Shown piece after piece: positions 20,230 through 38,704 of a DNA stretch of 64,000 nt (the first letter of the stretch is position 1; each line of letters begins with the position of its first letter). Origin of the DNA: Escherichia phage RB14; sequence record NC_012638.1, one strand, 5' to 3'. Below the pieces are notes generated by a model that was given only the letters and a program-made list of their open reading frames with translations, did not search any database and had not been told where the DNA came from. The position numbers and the translations under genes were made by a program.

Positions 20230-22034
20230 TGAAACAAAATATTAATATCGGTAATGTTGTTGATGATGGTACCGGTGACTACCTGCGTAAAGGTGGTATA
20301 AAAATAAATGAAAACTTTGATGAGCTTTATTACGAGCTTGGTGATGGAGATGTTCCATATTCAGCCGGTGCCTGGAAAACTTATAATGCTTCATCTGGTC
20401 AAACATTAAAAGCTAAGTGGGGAAAATCATACGCTATTAATACCTCTTCTGGAAGAGTAACTTTACAACTTCCTAAAGGAACTGTTAATGATTATAATAA
20501 AGTAATTAGAGCTAGGGATGTATTTGCAACATGGAACATTAATCCAGTTACTTTAGTAGCTGCTTCTGGAGATACAATTAAAGGGTCGTCATCATCGGTT
20601 GAAATTAATACTCAATTTAGTGATTTAGAGCTCGTTTATTGCGCTCCAGGACGTTGGGAGTATGTCAAAAACAAGCAAATTGATAAAATTATTAGTTCAG
20701 ATATTAGTAATGTAGCTCGCAAAGAATTTTTAGTCGAAGTTCAAGGACAAACAGACTTTTTAGATGTTTTTCATGGAACTAGTTATAATGTCAATAACAT
20801 CAGAGTAAAACATCGTGGTAACGAATTATATTACGGCGATGTATTTAGTGAAAACAGTGACTTTGGCTCTCCAGGGGAAAATGAAGGAGAACTAATTCCT
20901 CTCGATGGATTTAATATTAGGCTAAGACAGCCATGTAATATTGGTGACACTGTTCAAATTGAAACATTTATGGATGGTGTATCACAATGGAGAAGTTCAT
21001 ATACAAGACGCCAAATAAAAGTACTAGATTCAAAACTAACATCAAAGACTTCATTAGAAGGAAGTATTTACGTTACTGATTTATCGACGATGAAATCAAT
21101 TCCATTTTCCGCTTTTGGATTAATTCCTGGTGAACCTATTAATCCTAACTCTCTTGAGGTTCGTTTTAATGGAATTTTACAGCAACAAGCTGGAACAGCT
21201 GGATATCCTCTGTTTTTGTGTGAAGGCGCTAGTTCAGATACGCAAGAAGGATGTATATCTCTTGGTGGTGAATGGAAAGAATCAAACACAGATTATTCTA
21301 TAGAATATGAAGATGGAAAACCTACCAGTCTTTTATTTGATAGAAAATTTGAATCAGGCGATATAATCGTTATAACGTGGTTCAATAATGATTTAGGAAC
21401 TCTTTTAGAAAAAGATGACATTATTGAATTAACGGATGACCGTTATGTTAGCAAAGGATCATCTACCGAAGTTACTGGTGATGTAGCCTTAACGGATTTT
21501 GATAAAATCGGTTGGCCAAATGTTGAAAAAGTTGATTCTTATACTAGAACGTATAATTCAATATCATCTATTTTCGATAGCATTTATCCTGTAGGTTCAA
21601 TTTATGAAAATGCTATAAATCCAAATAATCCGGCGACTTATATGGGATTTGGTTCATGGAAATTATTTGGTAAAGGACAGGTTTTAGTAGGATGGAATGA
21701 TGATGTTACGGATCCAAACTTTGCTTTAAACAATAATGATTTAGATTCTAGCGGAAATCCTTCACATACTGCCGGTGGAACAGTTGGAACAACAACAGTG
21801 ACACTTGAGAATGCAAATCTTCCTGCGACTAAAACTGATGAAAGGGTTTTAATTGAAGATGAAAATGGATCAGTTATTATTGGAGGTTGTCAATATGACC
21901 CAGACGAAACTGGTCCTATATATACAAAATATCGTGAAGACTACGCAACAACAAACTCTTCACATACTCCTCCTGCTAATATTAGTAATATTCAACCGTC
22001 TATTACTGTATACCGTTGGATAAGGATTGCATAA
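20229..22034 (+). CDS. 10: baseplate wedge protein gp10
   Basis: 601 aa; synteny and length. Confidence 0.9.
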   Translation: MKQNINIGNVVDDGTGDYLRKGGIKINENFDELYYELGDGDVPYSAGAWKTYNASSGQTLKAKWGKSYAINTSSGRVTLQLPKGTVNDYNKVIRARDVFATWNINPVTLVAASGDTIKGSSSSVEINTQFSDLELVYCAPGRWEYVKNKQIDKIISSDISNVARKEFLVEVQGQTDFLDVFHGTSYNVNNIRVKHRGNELYYGDVFSENSDFGSPGENEGELIPLDGFNIRLRQPCNIGDTVQIETFMDGVSQWRSSYTRRQIKVLDSKLTSKTSLEGSIYVTDLSTMKSIPFSAFGLIPGEPINPNSLEVRFNGILQQQAGTAGYPLFLCEGASSDTQEGCISLGGEWKESNTDYSIEYEDGKPTSLLFDRKFESGDIIVITWFNNDLGTLLEKDDIIELTDDRYVSKGSSTEVTGDVALTDFDKIGWPNVEKVDSYTRTYNSISSIFDSIYPVGSIYENAINPNNPATYMGFGSWKLFGKGQVLVGWNDDVTDPNFALNNNDLDSSGNPSHTAGGTVGTTTVTLENANLPATKTDERVLIEDENGSVIIGGCQYDPDETGPIYTKYREDYATTNSSHTPPANISNIQPSITVYRWIRIA

Positions 22035-22693
22035 TGAGTTTACTTAATAATAAAGCGGGAGTTATTTCCCGCTTAGCAGATTTTCTTGGTTTTAGAACTA
22101 AGAAAAATGATATTTCGGTTATGAATAATCAGCCAGTAGGCGCTGTAACAATTTCACAAATAGCAAAAGGTTTTTATGACCCAAATGTAGAATCTGCTAT
22201 CAATGATGTTAGAAATATGGCAGAGCAACAGGTTGGAGCTGTATTAGTTAATATAAGCGGCGTATCTCCTACTGGCGTGCAACAAACCGACTATTGGTCA
22301 TTTGAAGGAACTGTTACTGATACTTCAGCCAAACCAGGTGACCCAGTTATTGTTAACATGTTTGGTATTCCAGTTAAAGCTACTAATGGAATGACTTCAA
22401 TTGAATTTACTAGTGCTGTTAGAACAGCTCTACAGGAAATGGTTGTAAAATTTATTGCAATTGATTCATTTGAAGACCATCCTACTATAGGAAATAAAAT
22501 ACAAGTTAAGTATTTAGATAACCAAGAACATATCTTAGAACAATACTCTGATAAAGGAATTACTTTCAAACAGGAAATAATTTCTCCTTCTAAACCTGGG
22601 TACGGAACTTGGCAATTATTAGGTGCGCAAACTGTCACGCTAGATAGTCACACACAACCTACAGTATTTTATTATTTTGAGAGAATAGCATGA
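22034..22693 (+). CDS. 11: baseplate wedge / short tail fiber socket gp11
   Basis: 219 aa from ATG 22034 (TAATG overlap with gene 10 stop); begins MSLLNNKAG as T4 gp11. Confidence 0.85.
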   Translation: MSLLNNKAGVISRLADFLGFRTKKNDISVMNNQPVGAVTISQIAKGFYDPNVESAINDVRNMAEQQVGAVLVNISGVSPTGVQQTDYWSFEGTVTDTSAKPGDPVIVNMFGIPVKATNGMTSIEFTSAVRTALQEMVVKFIAIDSFEDHPTIGNKIQVKYLDNQEHILEQYSDKGITFKQEIISPSKPGYGTWQLLGAQTVTLDSHTQPTVFYYFERIA

Positions 22694-24240
22694 GTAACAA
22701 TACATATCAGCACGTATCAAATGAATCAAAATATGTTAAATTCGATCCTACTGGATCGAATTTTCCTGACACTGTTACGACAGTGCAGTCTGCATTATCA
22801 AAAATAAGTAATATCGGCGTAAATGGTATTCCTGATGCAACTATGGAAGTTAAAGGAATAGCAATGATTGCATCAGAGCAAGAGGTTTTAGATGGAACAA
22901 ATAATTCTAAAATCGTTACACCAGCTACATTAGCAACAAGATTATTGTATCCAAATGCTACTGAAACTAAATATGGTTTAACGCGCTATTCAACAAATGA
23001 AGAAACATTAGAAGGCTCAGATAATAATTCATCAATAACGCCGCAAAAACTGAAATACCACACTGACGATGTGTTCCAAAATAGATATTCGTCTGAGTCA
23101 TCAAACGGGGTTATTAAAATATCATCTACACCTGCAGCTTTAGCTGGAGTTGATGATACTACGGCAATGACTCCATTAAAAACACAAAAACTTGCAATAA
23201 AATTAATTTCACAAATAGCTCCTTCCGAAGATACTGCATCAGAATCTGTGAGAGGTGTAGTTCAATTATCTACTGTTGCGCAAACTCGTCAAGGAACTCT
23301 CCGCGAAGGATATGCAATTTCTCCGTATACCTTTATGAATTCTGTTGCAACACAAGAATATAAGGGTGTTATACGTTTAGGAACACAATCGGAAATTAAC
23401 AGTAATTTGGGAGATGTTGCAGTAACAGGTGAAACACTAAATGGTCGAGGAGCTACTGGTTCTATGCGCGGAGTAGTTAAATTAACGACGCAAGCCGGTA
23501 TTGCCCCTGAAGGTGATAGTTCTGGAGCATTAGCATGGAACGCAGATGTAATTAATACTCGTGGTGGACAAACTATTAATGGTTCTTTAAATTTAGACCA
23601 TCTTACAGCAAACGGAATTTGGTCGCGCGGCGGAATGTGGAAAAATGGCGATCAACCTGTTGCCACTGAAAGATATGCGTCCGAAAGAATTCCAGTTGGG
23701 ACTATTATGATGTTTGCAGGTGATTCAGCACCTCCAGGTTGGATTATGTGTCATGGTGGAACCGTGTCAGGTGACCAATTTCCTGATTATAGAAACGTAG
23801 TTGGAACAAGATTTGGTGGGGATTGGAATAATCCAGGGATTCCTGATATGCGAGGTCTTTTCGTCAGAGGAGCCGGCACAGGCGGTCATATTTTAAATCA
23901 ACGTGGACAAGATGGCTATGGAAAGGATAGACTGGGCGTAGGATGTGACGGAATGCATGTTGGTGGTGTTCAGGCACAACAAATGTCATACCATAAACAT
24001 GCTGGTGGTTGGGGTGAATATAACAGAAGTGAAGGCCCATTTGGCGCGTCAGTTTATCAAGGATATCTTGGAACTAGAAAATATTCCGACTGGGATAATG
24101 CTTCATACTTCACTAATGATGGATTTGAATTAGGTGGACCGAGAGATGCTCATGGTACACTTAATCGTGAAGGATTAATTGGTTATGAAACTAGACCATG
24201 GAATATATCATTAAACTATATTATTAAAGTTCATTACTAA
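22690..24240 (+). CDS. 12: short tail fiber gp12
   Basis: 516 aa; synteny. Confidence 0.9.
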   Translation: MSNNTYQHVSNESKYVKFDPTGSNFPDTVTTVQSALSKISNIGVNGIPDATMEVKGIAMIASEQEVLDGTNNSKIVTPATLATRLLYPNATETKYGLTRYSTNEETLEGSDNNSSITPQKLKYHTDDVFQNRYSSESSNGVIKISSTPAALAGVDDTTAMTPLKTQKLAIKLISQIAPSEDTASESVRGVVQLSTVAQTRQGTLREGYAISPYTFMNSVATQEYKGVIRLGTQSEINSNLGDVAVTGETLNGRGATGSMRGVVKLTTQAGIAPEGDSSGALAWNADVINTRGGQTINGSLNLDHLTANGIWSRGGMWKNGDQPVATERYASERIPVGTIMMFAGDSAPPGWIMCHGGTVSGDQFPDYRNVVGTRFGGDWNNPGIPDMRGLFVRGAGTGGHILNQRGQDGYGKDRLGVGCDGMHVGGVQAQQMSYHKHAGGWGEYNRSEGPFGASVYQGYLGTRKYSDWDNASYFTNDGFELGGPRDAHGTLNREGLIGYETRPWNISLNYIIKVHY

Positions 24241-24249
24241 GGATTACAA

Positions 24250-25707
24250 ATGATTGAATTAAAAGAGTTACCTTTTGTTGATAGCGTTCCTGACGAAGGT
24301 CAGGAACGTATTTCATGGATTAAAAATGGTGAAGAAATATTAGGAGCTAGTACTAAGTATGGAAATGATGGATCAATGAATAGACCAATTGTTTCCGTGT
24401 TTAAAAACGTCGAAGTTCTTGATGAAAATGTGGGAATTCTTAAAACTGCCATTGAAACATCACAGAAAGATATTAAAACAATTCAAGGAGTTTTAGATGT
24501 ATCAGGAGATATAGAAGCACTATCGCAGATCAGTGTTAATAAAAATGACATATCAAATTTAAAGACACTTACCAGTGAACACACTGATATATTAACTGGA
24601 ACTAATAATACAGTTGACAAAATTATTGCTGATATAGGTCCATTTAATGATGAAGAAAACTCTGTTTATAGAACAATTAGAAATGATTTATTGTGGATTA
24701 AACAAGAACTAGGGCAATATTCTGGCCAAGACATTAACGGTCTTCCTGTTGTTGGTAATGCTAGCACAGGAATGAAACACAGAATAATAACAAATAGTAC
24801 ATTATTATCTTCACAGGGCATTCGTTTAAGCGAATTAGAAAATAAATTTACTGAATCTGACGTAGGATCATTAACTGTTGAAGTTGGTAAATTACGTGAT
24901 GAACTTGGTAATAAACCGGTAGATTTTGGACCAAATATTTATAATAGATTAAACACTATAGATGATAAACAAACTTTAATAAATTCTGATATAGCAGAAA
25001 TTAAATCTTCTATTGGATACCCAGAAAATGTTTCTATAATAACAGAAATTAATAATAACAAAAGTAGCATTGAAGCTATTAATAATGAATTAAATCAGAG
25101 TGAAGGTGTTAAACAACGCTTAACGGCTATTGAAACTTCTATAGGTTCAGATGATATTCCTTCTAGCATTAAAGGAAAAATTAAAAATCACACAACTTCT
25201 ATTGAGTCTTTAAACGGAATTGTTGGTGAAAACACTTCGTCTGGTTTAAGAGCGAATGTTTCGTGGTTAAATCAAATTGTTGGAACTGACTCCAGCGGAG
25301 GACAACCGTCTCCTTCTGGATCTCTATTAAATAAAGTTTCAGTGCTTGAAGGAGAAGTTTCAGTTTTAAACAATAATGTTCAAAATATACAAGTTGAAAT
25401 AGGAAATAATAGAACAGGAATTAAAGGTCAAGTTATTGAACTTACTTCACTTATAAATGGAAATAATCCTGACGGATCAACTGTTGAAGAACGAGGATTA
25501 ACTAATTCTGTAAAAACGAATGAAACCAACATTGCGGCAGTCACACATGAAGTAAATACAGCTAAAGACAATATATCCTCTTTACAGAGCAGCGTTCAAG
25601 CTCTACAAGAAGCAGGTTATATTCCTGAAGCTCCAAAAGATGGCCAAGCTTACGTTCGTAAAGACGGCGAATGGGTACTACTTTCTACCTTTTTATCACC
25701 AGCATAA
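24250..25707 (+). CDS. wac: fibritin (whisker) wac
   Basis: 485 aa coiled-coil with C-terminal foldon [27 protein letters not shown]. Confidence 0.93.
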   Translation: MIELKELPFVDSVPDEGQERISWIKNGEEILGASTKYGNDGSMNRPIVSVFKNVEVLDENVGILKTAIETSQKDIKTIQGVLDVSGDIEALSQISVNKNDISNLKTLTSEHTDILTGTNNTVDKIIADIGPFNDEENSVYRTIRNDLLWIKQELGQYSGQDINGLPVVGNASTGMKHRIITNSTLLSSQGIRLSELENKFTESDVGSLTVEVGKLRDELGNKPVDFGPNIYNRLNTIDDKQTLINSDIAEIKSSIGYPENVSIITEINNNKSSIEAINNELNQSEGVKQRLTAIETSIGSDDIPSSIKGKIKNHTTSIESLNGIVGENTSSGLRANVSWLNQIVGTDSSGGQPSPSGSLLNKVSVLEGEVSVLNNNVQNIQVEIGNNRTGIKGQVIELTSLINGNNPDGSTVEERGLTNSVKTNETNIAAVTHEVNTAKDNISSLQSSVQALQEAGYIPEAPKDGQAYVRKDGEWVLLSTFLSPA

Positions 25708-25738
25708 CATGGGGCCGCAAGGCCCCAAAGGATTTTAA

Positions 25739-27440
<1,702 letters not shown>

Positions 27441-27481
27441 TAAATATTATAAACTAATTAAAGCCCAGATTAGGAGAAGTC

Positions 27482-30619
<3,138 letters not shown>

Positions 30620-30650
30620 ATATATTAAAGCATATTAAAGAGGATTAAAA

Positions 30651-32630
30651 ATGACTTTATTATCTCCGGGCATTGAGCTCAAAGAAACCACGGTTCAAAG
30701 CACCGTGGTTAATAACTCTACTGGTACAGCAGCTTTGGCCGGTAAATTCCAGTGGGGTCCTGCTTTTCAGATCAAACAGGTTACAAATGAAGTAGATTTA
30801 GTTAATACTTTTGGTCAACCTACAGCTGAAACTGCTGACTATTTTATGTCTGCAATGAATTTCTTACAATATGGAAATGATTTGCGAGTTGTGCGTGCTG
30901 TCGATAGAGATACCGCTAAAAACTCATCTCCGATTGCTGGTAATATTGAATACACTATTTCTACTCCAGGTAGTAACTATGCAGTTGGAGATAAAATCAC
31001 GGTCAAATATGTTTCGGATGATATTGAAACTGAAGGTAAAATTACTGAAGTAGACGCAGATGGAAAAATTAAGAAAATTAATATTCCTACTGCAAAAATT
31101 ATCGCTAAAGCTAAAGAAGTCGGTGAATATCCGGAATTAGGTTCTAACTGGACTGCGGAAATTTCTTCGTCTTCCTCTGGTTTAGCTGCAGTAATAACTC
31201 TTGGAAAAATTATTACTGATTCTGGTATTTTATTAGCTGAAATTGAAAATGCTGAAGCTGCTATGACAGCGGTTGACTTTCAAGCAAATCTCGAAAAATA
31301 CGGAATTCCAGGAGTAGTAGCTCTTTATCCAGGCGAATTAGGCGATAAAATTGAAATTGAAATCGTATCTAAAGCTGACTACGCAAAAGGAGCTTCTGCA
31401 TTACTGCCAATTTATCCAGGTGGTGGTACTCGTGCATCTACTGCTAAAGCAGTGTTTGGATATGGACCACAAACTGATTCACAGTACGCTATTATAGTTC
31501 GTCGTAATGATGCTATTGTTCAAAGTGTTGTTCTTTCAACTAAGCGTGGTGAAAAAGATATTTACGATAGTAACATCTATATCGATGACTTTTTCGCAAA
31601 AGGTGGCTCAGAATATATTTTTGCAACTGCACAAAACTGGCCAGAAGGATTCTCTGGAATTTTAACTCTGTCTGGTGGATTATCATCAAATGCTGAAGTA
31701 ACAGCAGGAGATTTGATGGAAGCTTGGGACTTCTTTGCTGACCGTGAATCCGTTGATGTTCAGCTTTTTATTGCTGGTTCTTGTGCCGGTGAATCTTTGG
31801 AAACAGCATCTACTGTCCAAAAACATGTTGTTTCAATTGGTGATGCTCGTCAAGATTGCTTAGTATTGTGCTCACCTCCGCGTGAAACTGTAGTTGGAAT
31901 TCCTGTAACCCGCGCAGTAGATAATTTAGTTAACTGGAGAACTGCTACAGGTTCATACACCGATAATAACTTTAATATCAGTTCAACCTATGCAGCAATT
32001 GATGGTAACTACAAATATCAGTATGACAAATATAATGATGTGAATCGTTGGGTTCCATTAGCAGCTGATATTGCCGGTTTATGTGCAAGAACCGATAACG
32101 TTTCTCAGACTTGGATGTCTCCAGCTGGTTATAATCGCGGCCAAATTTTGAACGTTATTAAACTGGCTATTGAAACTCGCCAGGCTCAGCGCGACCGTTT
32201 ATACCAAGAAGCTATCAACCCAGTGACTGGTACAGGTGGTGATGGTTACGTATTATATGGTGATAAAACAGCTACTTCTGTTCCTTCTCCATTTGATCGT
32301 ATTAACGTTCGTCGTCTGTTTAATATGTTGAAAACGAATATCGGACGTAGTTCAAAATATCGTTTGTTCGAATTAAACAACGCGTTTACTCGTTCATCAT
32401 TCCGCACAGAAACTGCCCAATACTTACAGGGAATTAAAGCTCTCGGTGGAATTTATGAATATCGTGTAGTTTGCGATACAACAAATAACACTCCGTCAGT
32501 AATTGATAGAAATGAGTTTGTTGCAACATTCTACATCCAACCGGCTCGCAGTATAAATTATATCCAACTTAATTTCGTCGCAACGGCTACTGGTGCAGAT
32601 TTCGATGAGTTAACTGGTCTTGCAGGTTAA
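30651..32630 (+). CDS. 18: tail sheath protein gp18
   Basis: 659 aa; synteny and length. Confidence 0.93.
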   Translation: MTLLSPGIELKETTVQSTVVNNSTGTAALAGKFQWGPAFQIKQVTNEVDLVNTFGQPTAETADYFMSAMNFLQYGNDLRVVRAVDRDTAKNSSPIAGNIEYTISTPGSNYAVGDKITVKYVSDDIETEGKITEVDADGKIKKINIPTAKIIAKAKEVGEYPELGSNWTAEISSSSSGLAAVITLGKIITDSGILLAEIENAEAAMTAVDFQANLEKYGIPGVVALYPGELGDKIEIEIVSKADYAKGASALLPIYPGGGTRASTAKAVFGYGPQTDSQYAIIVRRNDAIVQSVVLSTKRGEKDIYDSNIYIDDFFAKGGSEYIFATAQNWPEGFSGILTLSGGLSSNAEVTAGDLMEAWDFFADRESVDVQLFIAGSCAGESLETASTVQKHVVSIGDARQDCLVLCSPPRETVVGIPVTRAVDNLVNWRTATGSYTDNNFNISSTYAAIDGNYKYQYDKYNDVNRWVPLAADIAGLCARTDNVSQTWMSPAGYNRGQILNVIKLAIETRQAQRDRLYQEAINPVTGTGGDGYVLYGDKTATSVPSPFDRINVRRLFNMLKTNIGRSSKYRLFELNNAFTRSSFRTETAQYLQGIKALGGIYEYRVVCDTTNNTPSVIDRNEFVATFYIQPARSINYIQLNFVATATGADFDELTGLAG

Positions 32631-32646
32631 TACGGTGCATTCTAAA

Positions 32647-32664
32647 GGCCTGTTTCGGCAGGCC
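32647..32664 (+). terminator. stem-loop after gene 18
   Basis: GGCCTG-TTTCGG-CAGGCC hairpin directly upstream of late promoter. Confidence 0.45.
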
Positions 32665-32665
32665 A

Positions 32666-32673
32666 TATAAATA
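32666..32673 (+). promoter_or_regulatory. late promoter TATAAATA (gene 19, distal)
   Basis: Exact consensus. Confidence 0.6.
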
Positions 32674-32724
32674 CACTATATCCTTAATTCTTTAATTCTA
32701 TATGCCCTAGGTTAAACATAGGGA

Positions 32725-32732
32725 TATAAATA
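32725..32732 (+). promoter_or_regulatory. late promoter TATAAATA (gene 19, proximal)
   Basis: Exact consensus 15 nt upstream of gene 19 ATG. Confidence 0.6.
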
Positions 32733-32746
32733 CTACAGAGGCTAAT

Positions 32747-33238
32747 ATGTTTGTAGATGATGTAACACGAGCGTTTGAATCTGGTGATTTTGCTCGACCT
32801 AACTTATTCCAAGTAGAAATTTCTTATCTTGGACAAAATTTTACGTTTCAATGTAAAGCCACTGCTTTACCAGCTGGTATTGTAGAAAAAATTCCAGTCG
32901 GATTTATGAACCGTAAAATTAACGTAGCAGGCGATCGTACATTCGATGACTGGACTGTTACAGTAATGAACGATGAAGCTCATGATGCTCGTCAGAAGTT
33001 CGTTGATTGGCAAAGCATTGCTGCTGGACAAGGAAACGAAATTACTGGTGGAAAACCTGCAGAGTATAAAAAGAGCGCTATTGTTCGCCAATATGCTCGT
33101 GACGCTAAAACAGTAACAAAAGAAATTGAAATTAAAGGCTTGTGGCCTACTAACGTGGGTGAACTTCAATTAGATTGGGATTCAAATAACGAAATCCAAA
33201 CATTTGAAGTAACTCTTGCTCTCGATTATTGGGAATAA
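32747..33238 (+). CDS. 19: tail tube protein gp19
   Basis: 163 aa; synteny and length. Confidence 0.93.
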   Translation: MFVDDVTRAFESGDFARPNLFQVEISYLGQNFTFQCKATALPAGIVEKIPVGFMNRKINVAGDRTFDDWTVTVMNDEAHDARQKFVDWQSIAAGQGNEITGGKPAEYKKSAIVRQYARDAKTVTKEIEIKGLWPTNVGELQLDWDSNNEIQTFEVTLALDYWE

Positions 33239-33270
33239 AATGAATGGGGAGAAATCCCCATCCTGCTTAA

Positions 33271-34895
<1,625 letters not shown>

Positions 34896-34896
<1 letters not shown>

Positions 34897-35135
34897 TGGA
34901 AGGTTTAATTGAAGCTATTAAATCAAACGACCTCGTAGCCGCTCGTAAATTATTTGCTGAAGCCATGGCTGCAAGAACGATTGATTTAATTAAAGAAGAA
35001 AAAATTGCTATTGCTCGTAATTTCTTAATCGAAGGTGAAGAACCTGAAGATGAAGATGAAGATAGCGATGATGATAAAGACGACAAAAAAGACAAAGACT
35101 CTGACGAAGATGACGAAGACGAGGATGATGAATAA
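34896..35135 (+). CDS. 67: prohead core protein gp67
   Basis: 79 aa with poly-acidic C-terminus ([13 protein letters not shown]...). Confidence 0.8.
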
Positions 35136-35560
35136 TGCTTCTGATCCCTGAAACTCATGAATTAGTTCTCGAGAATGTCGAAGCACTTATTCCTGAAGCA
35201 CAGGGTCGCTTTGACAAATTGTCTTCTGCTTTAAATAAAGACGATATAAATACAATTGTCGAGAATATGCTTGATGATGAAACTAATTTAGCAGTTGCAT
35301 TAGCTTCTATTAATGAAAACATGCCGTTAAATGAATTCATTGTTAAGCACGTTTCAGCTCGTGGTGAAATTACACGTACTAAAGATCGCAAAACACGCGA
35401 ACGTAATGCATTTCAAACCACTGGGCTGTCTAAAGCAAAACGTAGACAAATTGCTCGCAAAGCTACCAAAACGAAGATTGCCAATCCAGCAGGTCAATCT
35501 CGTGCTCAGCGTAAGCGTAAAAAAGCTCTTAAACGCCGTAAAGCATTAGGATTAAGCTAA
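35135..35560 (+). CDS. 68: prohead core protein gp68
   Basis: 141 aa; synteny between 67 and 21. Confidence 0.8.
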   Translation: MLLIPETHELVLENVEALIPEAQGRFDKLSSALNKDDINTIVENMLDDETNLAVALASINENMPLNEFIVKHVSARGEITRTKDRKTRERNAFQTTGLSKAKRRQIARKATKTKIANPAGQSRAQRKRKKALKRRKALGLS

Positions 35561-36198
35561 TGAATGAACCCCAATTACTAATTGAAACTTGGGGTCAACC
35601 TGGCGAAATTATTGATGGCGTACCAATGCTTGAATCCCATGATGGAAAAGACTTAGGTTTAAAACCGGGTTTATACATCGAAGGAATATTCATGCAAGCA
35701 GAAGTCGTCAATAGAAATAAACGTCTTTATCCAAAACGTATATTAGAAAAAGCGGTAAAAGACTATATTAATGAGCAAGTTTTAACTAAACAAGCTCTCG
35801 GAGAATTAAATCATCCTCCACGCGCTAATGTTGACCCGATGCAAGCCGCTATCATTATAGAAGATATGTGGTGGAAAGGAAATGACGTATACGGACGAGC
35901 TCGTGTTATTGAAGGTGACCATGGTCCTGGAGATAAATTAGCAGCTAATATTCGTGCCGGATGGATTCCAGGAGTTTCTTCTCGTGGATTAGGTTCATTG
36001 ACTGACACAAATAAAGGTTATCGTATCGTAAACGAAGGATTCAAATTAACTGTAGGTGTTGATGCAGTATGGGGTCCAAGTGCTCCAGATGCATGGGTAA
36101 CTCCTAAGGAAATTACCGAATCACAGACGGCGGAAGCCGATACAAGTGCCGATGACGCCTATATGGCTCTCGCAGAGGCCATGAAAAAAGCGTTATAA
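35560..36198 (+). CDS. 21: prohead core protease gp21
   Basis: 212 aa; synteny and length. Confidence 0.9.
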   Translation: MNEPQLLIETWGQPGEIIDGVPMLESHDGKDLGLKPGLYIEGIFMQAEVVNRNKRLYPKRILEKAVKDYINEQVLTKQALGELNHPPRANVDPMQAAIIIEDMWWKGNDVYGRARVIEGDHGPGDKLAANIRAGWIPGVSSRGLGSLTDTNKGYRIVNEGFKLTVGVDAVWGPSAPDAWVTPKEITESQTAEADTSADDAYMALAEAMKKAL

Positions 36199-36201
36199 AT
36201 A
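36194..36201 (+). promoter_or_regulatory. late promoter TATAAATA (gene 22)
   Basis: Exact consensus 28 nt upstream of gene 22 ATG, overlapping end of gene 21. Confidence 0.65.
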
Positions 36202-36228
36202 TTATTATCTAAACAACAGGACTACAAA

Positions 36229-37038
36229 ATGCTTAAAGAACAACTGATTGCTGAAGCGCAAAAAATTGATGCTTCCGTTGCTCTTGATAGTATTTTCGAA
36301 TCAGTTAATATTTCTCCGGAAGCAAAAGAAACTTTCGGCACTGTATTCGAAGCTACCGTCAAGCAGCACGCCGTTAAATTAGCTGAATCTCATATCGCTA
36401 AAATTGCTGAAAAAGCAGAAGAAGAAGTAGAAAAAAATAAAGAAGAAGCCGAAGAAAAAGCTGAGAAGAAAATCGCTGAGCAAGCTTCTAAATTCATTGA
36501 CCATCTTGCGAAAGAATGGCTCGCTGAAAATAAATTAGCAGTTGATAAAGGCATCAAAGCCGAACTGTTTGAATCCATGCTTGGTGGATTAAAAGAGCTC
36601 TTTGTTGAACACAACGTTGTTGTTCCAGAAGAATCAGTTGATGTTGTGGCTGAAATGGAAGAAGAGCTGCAAGAACATAAAGAAGAATCAGCTCGTCTGT
36701 TCGAAGAACTCAATATGCGCGACGCATATATCAATTATGTGCAGCGTGAAGTGGCATTGAGCGAAAGTACTAAAGATCTGACTGAGTCTCAAAAAGAAAA
36801 AGTCTCTGCTCTGGTCGAAGGTATGGATTATTCAGATGCATTCTCAAGTAAATTGAGTGCCATCGTAGAAATGGTGAAGAAATCTAATAAAGATGAAAGC
36901 ACTATTACTGAGAGTATAAATACTCCTGATACTGAAGCAGCCGGACTGAATTTCGTCACTGAAGCTGTAGAAGATAAATCTGCATCCGGTGCAGAAGATA
37001 TTGTAAGTGTATATGCGAAAGTCGCATCTCGTTTCTAA
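36229..37038 (+). CDS. 22: prohead core scaffold protein gp22
   Basis: 269 aa acidic coiled-coil. Confidence 0.9.
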   Translation: MLKEQLIAEAQKIDASVALDSIFESVNISPEAKETFGTVFEATVKQHAVKLAESHIAKIAEKAEEEVEKNKEEAEEKAEKKIAEQASKFIDHLAKEWLAENKLAVDKGIKAELFESMLGGLKELFVEHNVVVPEESVDVVAEMEEELQEHKEESARLFEELNMRDAYINYVQREVALSESTKDLTESQKEKVSALVEGMDYSDAFSSKLSAIVEMVKKSNKDESTITESINTPDTEAAGLNFVTEAVEDKSASGAEDIVSVYAKVASRF

Positions 37039-37056
37039 TTTTAAAGGTTAACACAA

Positions 37057-38622
37057 ATGACTATCAAAACTAAAGCTGAACTTTTGAACAAATGGAAGCC
37101 ATTACTGGAAGGTGAAGGTTTACCGGAAATTGCTAATAGCAAACAAGCGATTATCGCTAAAATCTTTGAAAACCAGGAAAAAGATTTCCAGACAGCTCCA
37201 GAGTACAAAGACGAAAAAATCGCTCAGGCGTTCGGTTCTTTCTTAACAGAAGCTGAAATCGGTGGTGACCACGGTTACAATGCTACTAACATCGCTGCAG
37301 GTCAGACTTCTGGCGCAGTAACTCAGATTGGCCCAGCTGTTATGGGTATGGTACGTCGTGCTATTCCTAACCTGATTGCTTTCGATATTTGTGGTGTTCA
37401 GCCGATGAACAGCCCGACTGGCCAGGTATTCGCACTGCGCGCAGTATATGGTAAAGACCCAATCGCTTCCGGTGCTAAAGAAGCATTCCACCCAATGTAT
37501 GGTCCAGATGCAATGTTCTCTGGTCAGGGTGCTGCTAAGAAATTCCCAGCTCTGGCTGCTAGCACACAAACCACAGTAGGTGATATCTATACTCACTTCT
37601 TCCAGGACACTGGTACTGTGTATCTGCAAGCTTCTGCTCAAGTAACAATTAGTGCAAGCGCAACTGACGCAGCTAAATTAGATGCTGAAATTAAGAAACA
37701 AATGGAAGCTGGTGCACTGGTAGAAATCGCTGAAGGTATGGCTACTTCTATCGCTGAACTTCAGGAAGGTTTCAATGGTTCTACCGATAACCCATGGAAT
37801 GAAATGGGCTTCCGTATCGATAAACAAGTTATCGAAGCTAAATCTCGCCAGCTGAAAGCTGCTTACTCTATCGAATTAGCACAAGACCTCCGCGCTGTTC
37901 ACGGTATGGATGCTGACGCTGAACTGTCTGGTATTCTGGCTACAGAAATTATGCTGGAAATCAACCGTGAAGTTGTTGATTGGATTAACTACTCCGCTCA
38001 GGTTGGTAAATCTGGTATGACCCTGACTCCGGGTTCTAAAGCTGGCGTATTCGACTTCCAGGATCCAATTGATATTCGTGGTGCTCGCTGGGCAGGTGAA
38101 TCCTTTAAAGCTCTGTTGTTCCAGATTGACAAAGAAGCAGTTGAAATTGCTCGTCAGACCGGTCGTGGTGAAGGTAACTTCATTATCGCTTCCCGTAACG
38201 TAGTTAACGTTCTGGCTTCAGTTGATACTGGCATTTCTTATGCTGCACAAGGTCTGGCTACCGGCTTTAACACTGATACTACCAAGTCAGTATTTGCTGG
38301 TGTTCTGGGTGGTAAATACCGTGTATATATCGACCAGTATGCTAAACAGGATTATTTCACTGTAGGTTATAAAGGTCCGAACGAAATGGATGCTGGTATT
38401 TACTACGCTCCATATGTAGCTCTGACTCCGCTGCGTGGTTCCGATCCGAAGAACTTCCAACCGGTAATGGGATTCAAAACTCGTTACGGTATCGGTATCA
38501 ACCCATTTGCAGAATCCGCTGCTCAGGCTCCGGCTTCTCGCATCCAGAGCGGTATGCCTTCTATTCTGAATAGCCTTGGTAAAAACGCTTACTTCCGCCG
38601 TGTATATGTTAAAGGTATCTAA
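37057..38622 (+). CDS. 23: major capsid protein gp23
   Basis: 521 aa; N-terminus MTIKTKAELLNKWKPLLEGEG... recognisable as T4 gp23 precursor. Confidence 0.96.
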   Translation: MTIKTKAELLNKWKPLLEGEGLPEIANSKQAIIAKIFENQEKDFQTAPEYKDEKIAQAFGSFLTEAEIGGDHGYNATNIAAGQTSGAVTQIGPAVMGMVRRAIPNLIAFDICGVQPMNSPTGQVFALRAVYGKDPIASGAKEAFHPMYGPDAMFSGQGAAKKFPALAASTQTTVGDIYTHFFQDTGTVYLQASAQVTISASATDAAKLDAEIKKQMEAGALVEIAEGMATSIAELQEGFNGSTDNPWNEMGFRIDKQVIEAKSRQLKAAYSIELAQDLRAVHGMDADAELSGILATEIMLEINREVVDWINYSAQVGKSGMTLTPGSKAGVFDFQDPIDIRGARWAGESFKALLFQIDKEAVEIARQTGRGEGNFIIASRNVVNVLASVDTGISYAAQGLATGFNTDTTKSVFAGVLGGKYRVYIDQYAKQDYFTVGYKGPNEMDAGIYYAPYVALTPLRGSDPKNFQPVMGFKTRYGIGINPFAESAAQAPASRIQSGMPSILNSLGKNAYFRRVYVKGI

Positions 38623-38637
38623 TCTTTGACGATTTAA

Positions 38638-38660
38638 GGGACCTTCGGGTCCCTTTAGTT
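38638..38660 (+). terminator. rho-independent terminator after gene 23
   Basis: GGGACC-TTCG-GGTCCC hairpin followed by TTTAGTTGTTTTA. Confidence 0.7.
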
Positions 38661-38669
38661 GTTTTATGG

Positions 38670-38677
38670 TATAAATA
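38670..38677 (+). promoter_or_regulatory. late promoter TATAAATA (gene 24)
   Basis: Exact consensus 27 nt upstream of gene 24 ATG. Confidence 0.7.
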
Positions 38678-38704
38678 AATCATATAAACCAAAAGGAAAG
38701 CGCA

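Noticed and set aside
11274-23000. Short ORFs (60 to 130 aa) on the minus strand within the late structural module
   Set aside because: All antisense to long, tightly packed late genes with clear synteny; none has a ribosome binding site.
36390-37641. Minus-strand ORFs inside genes 22 and 23
   Set aside because: Antisense to highly expressed capsid genes with strong coding signal on the plus strand.
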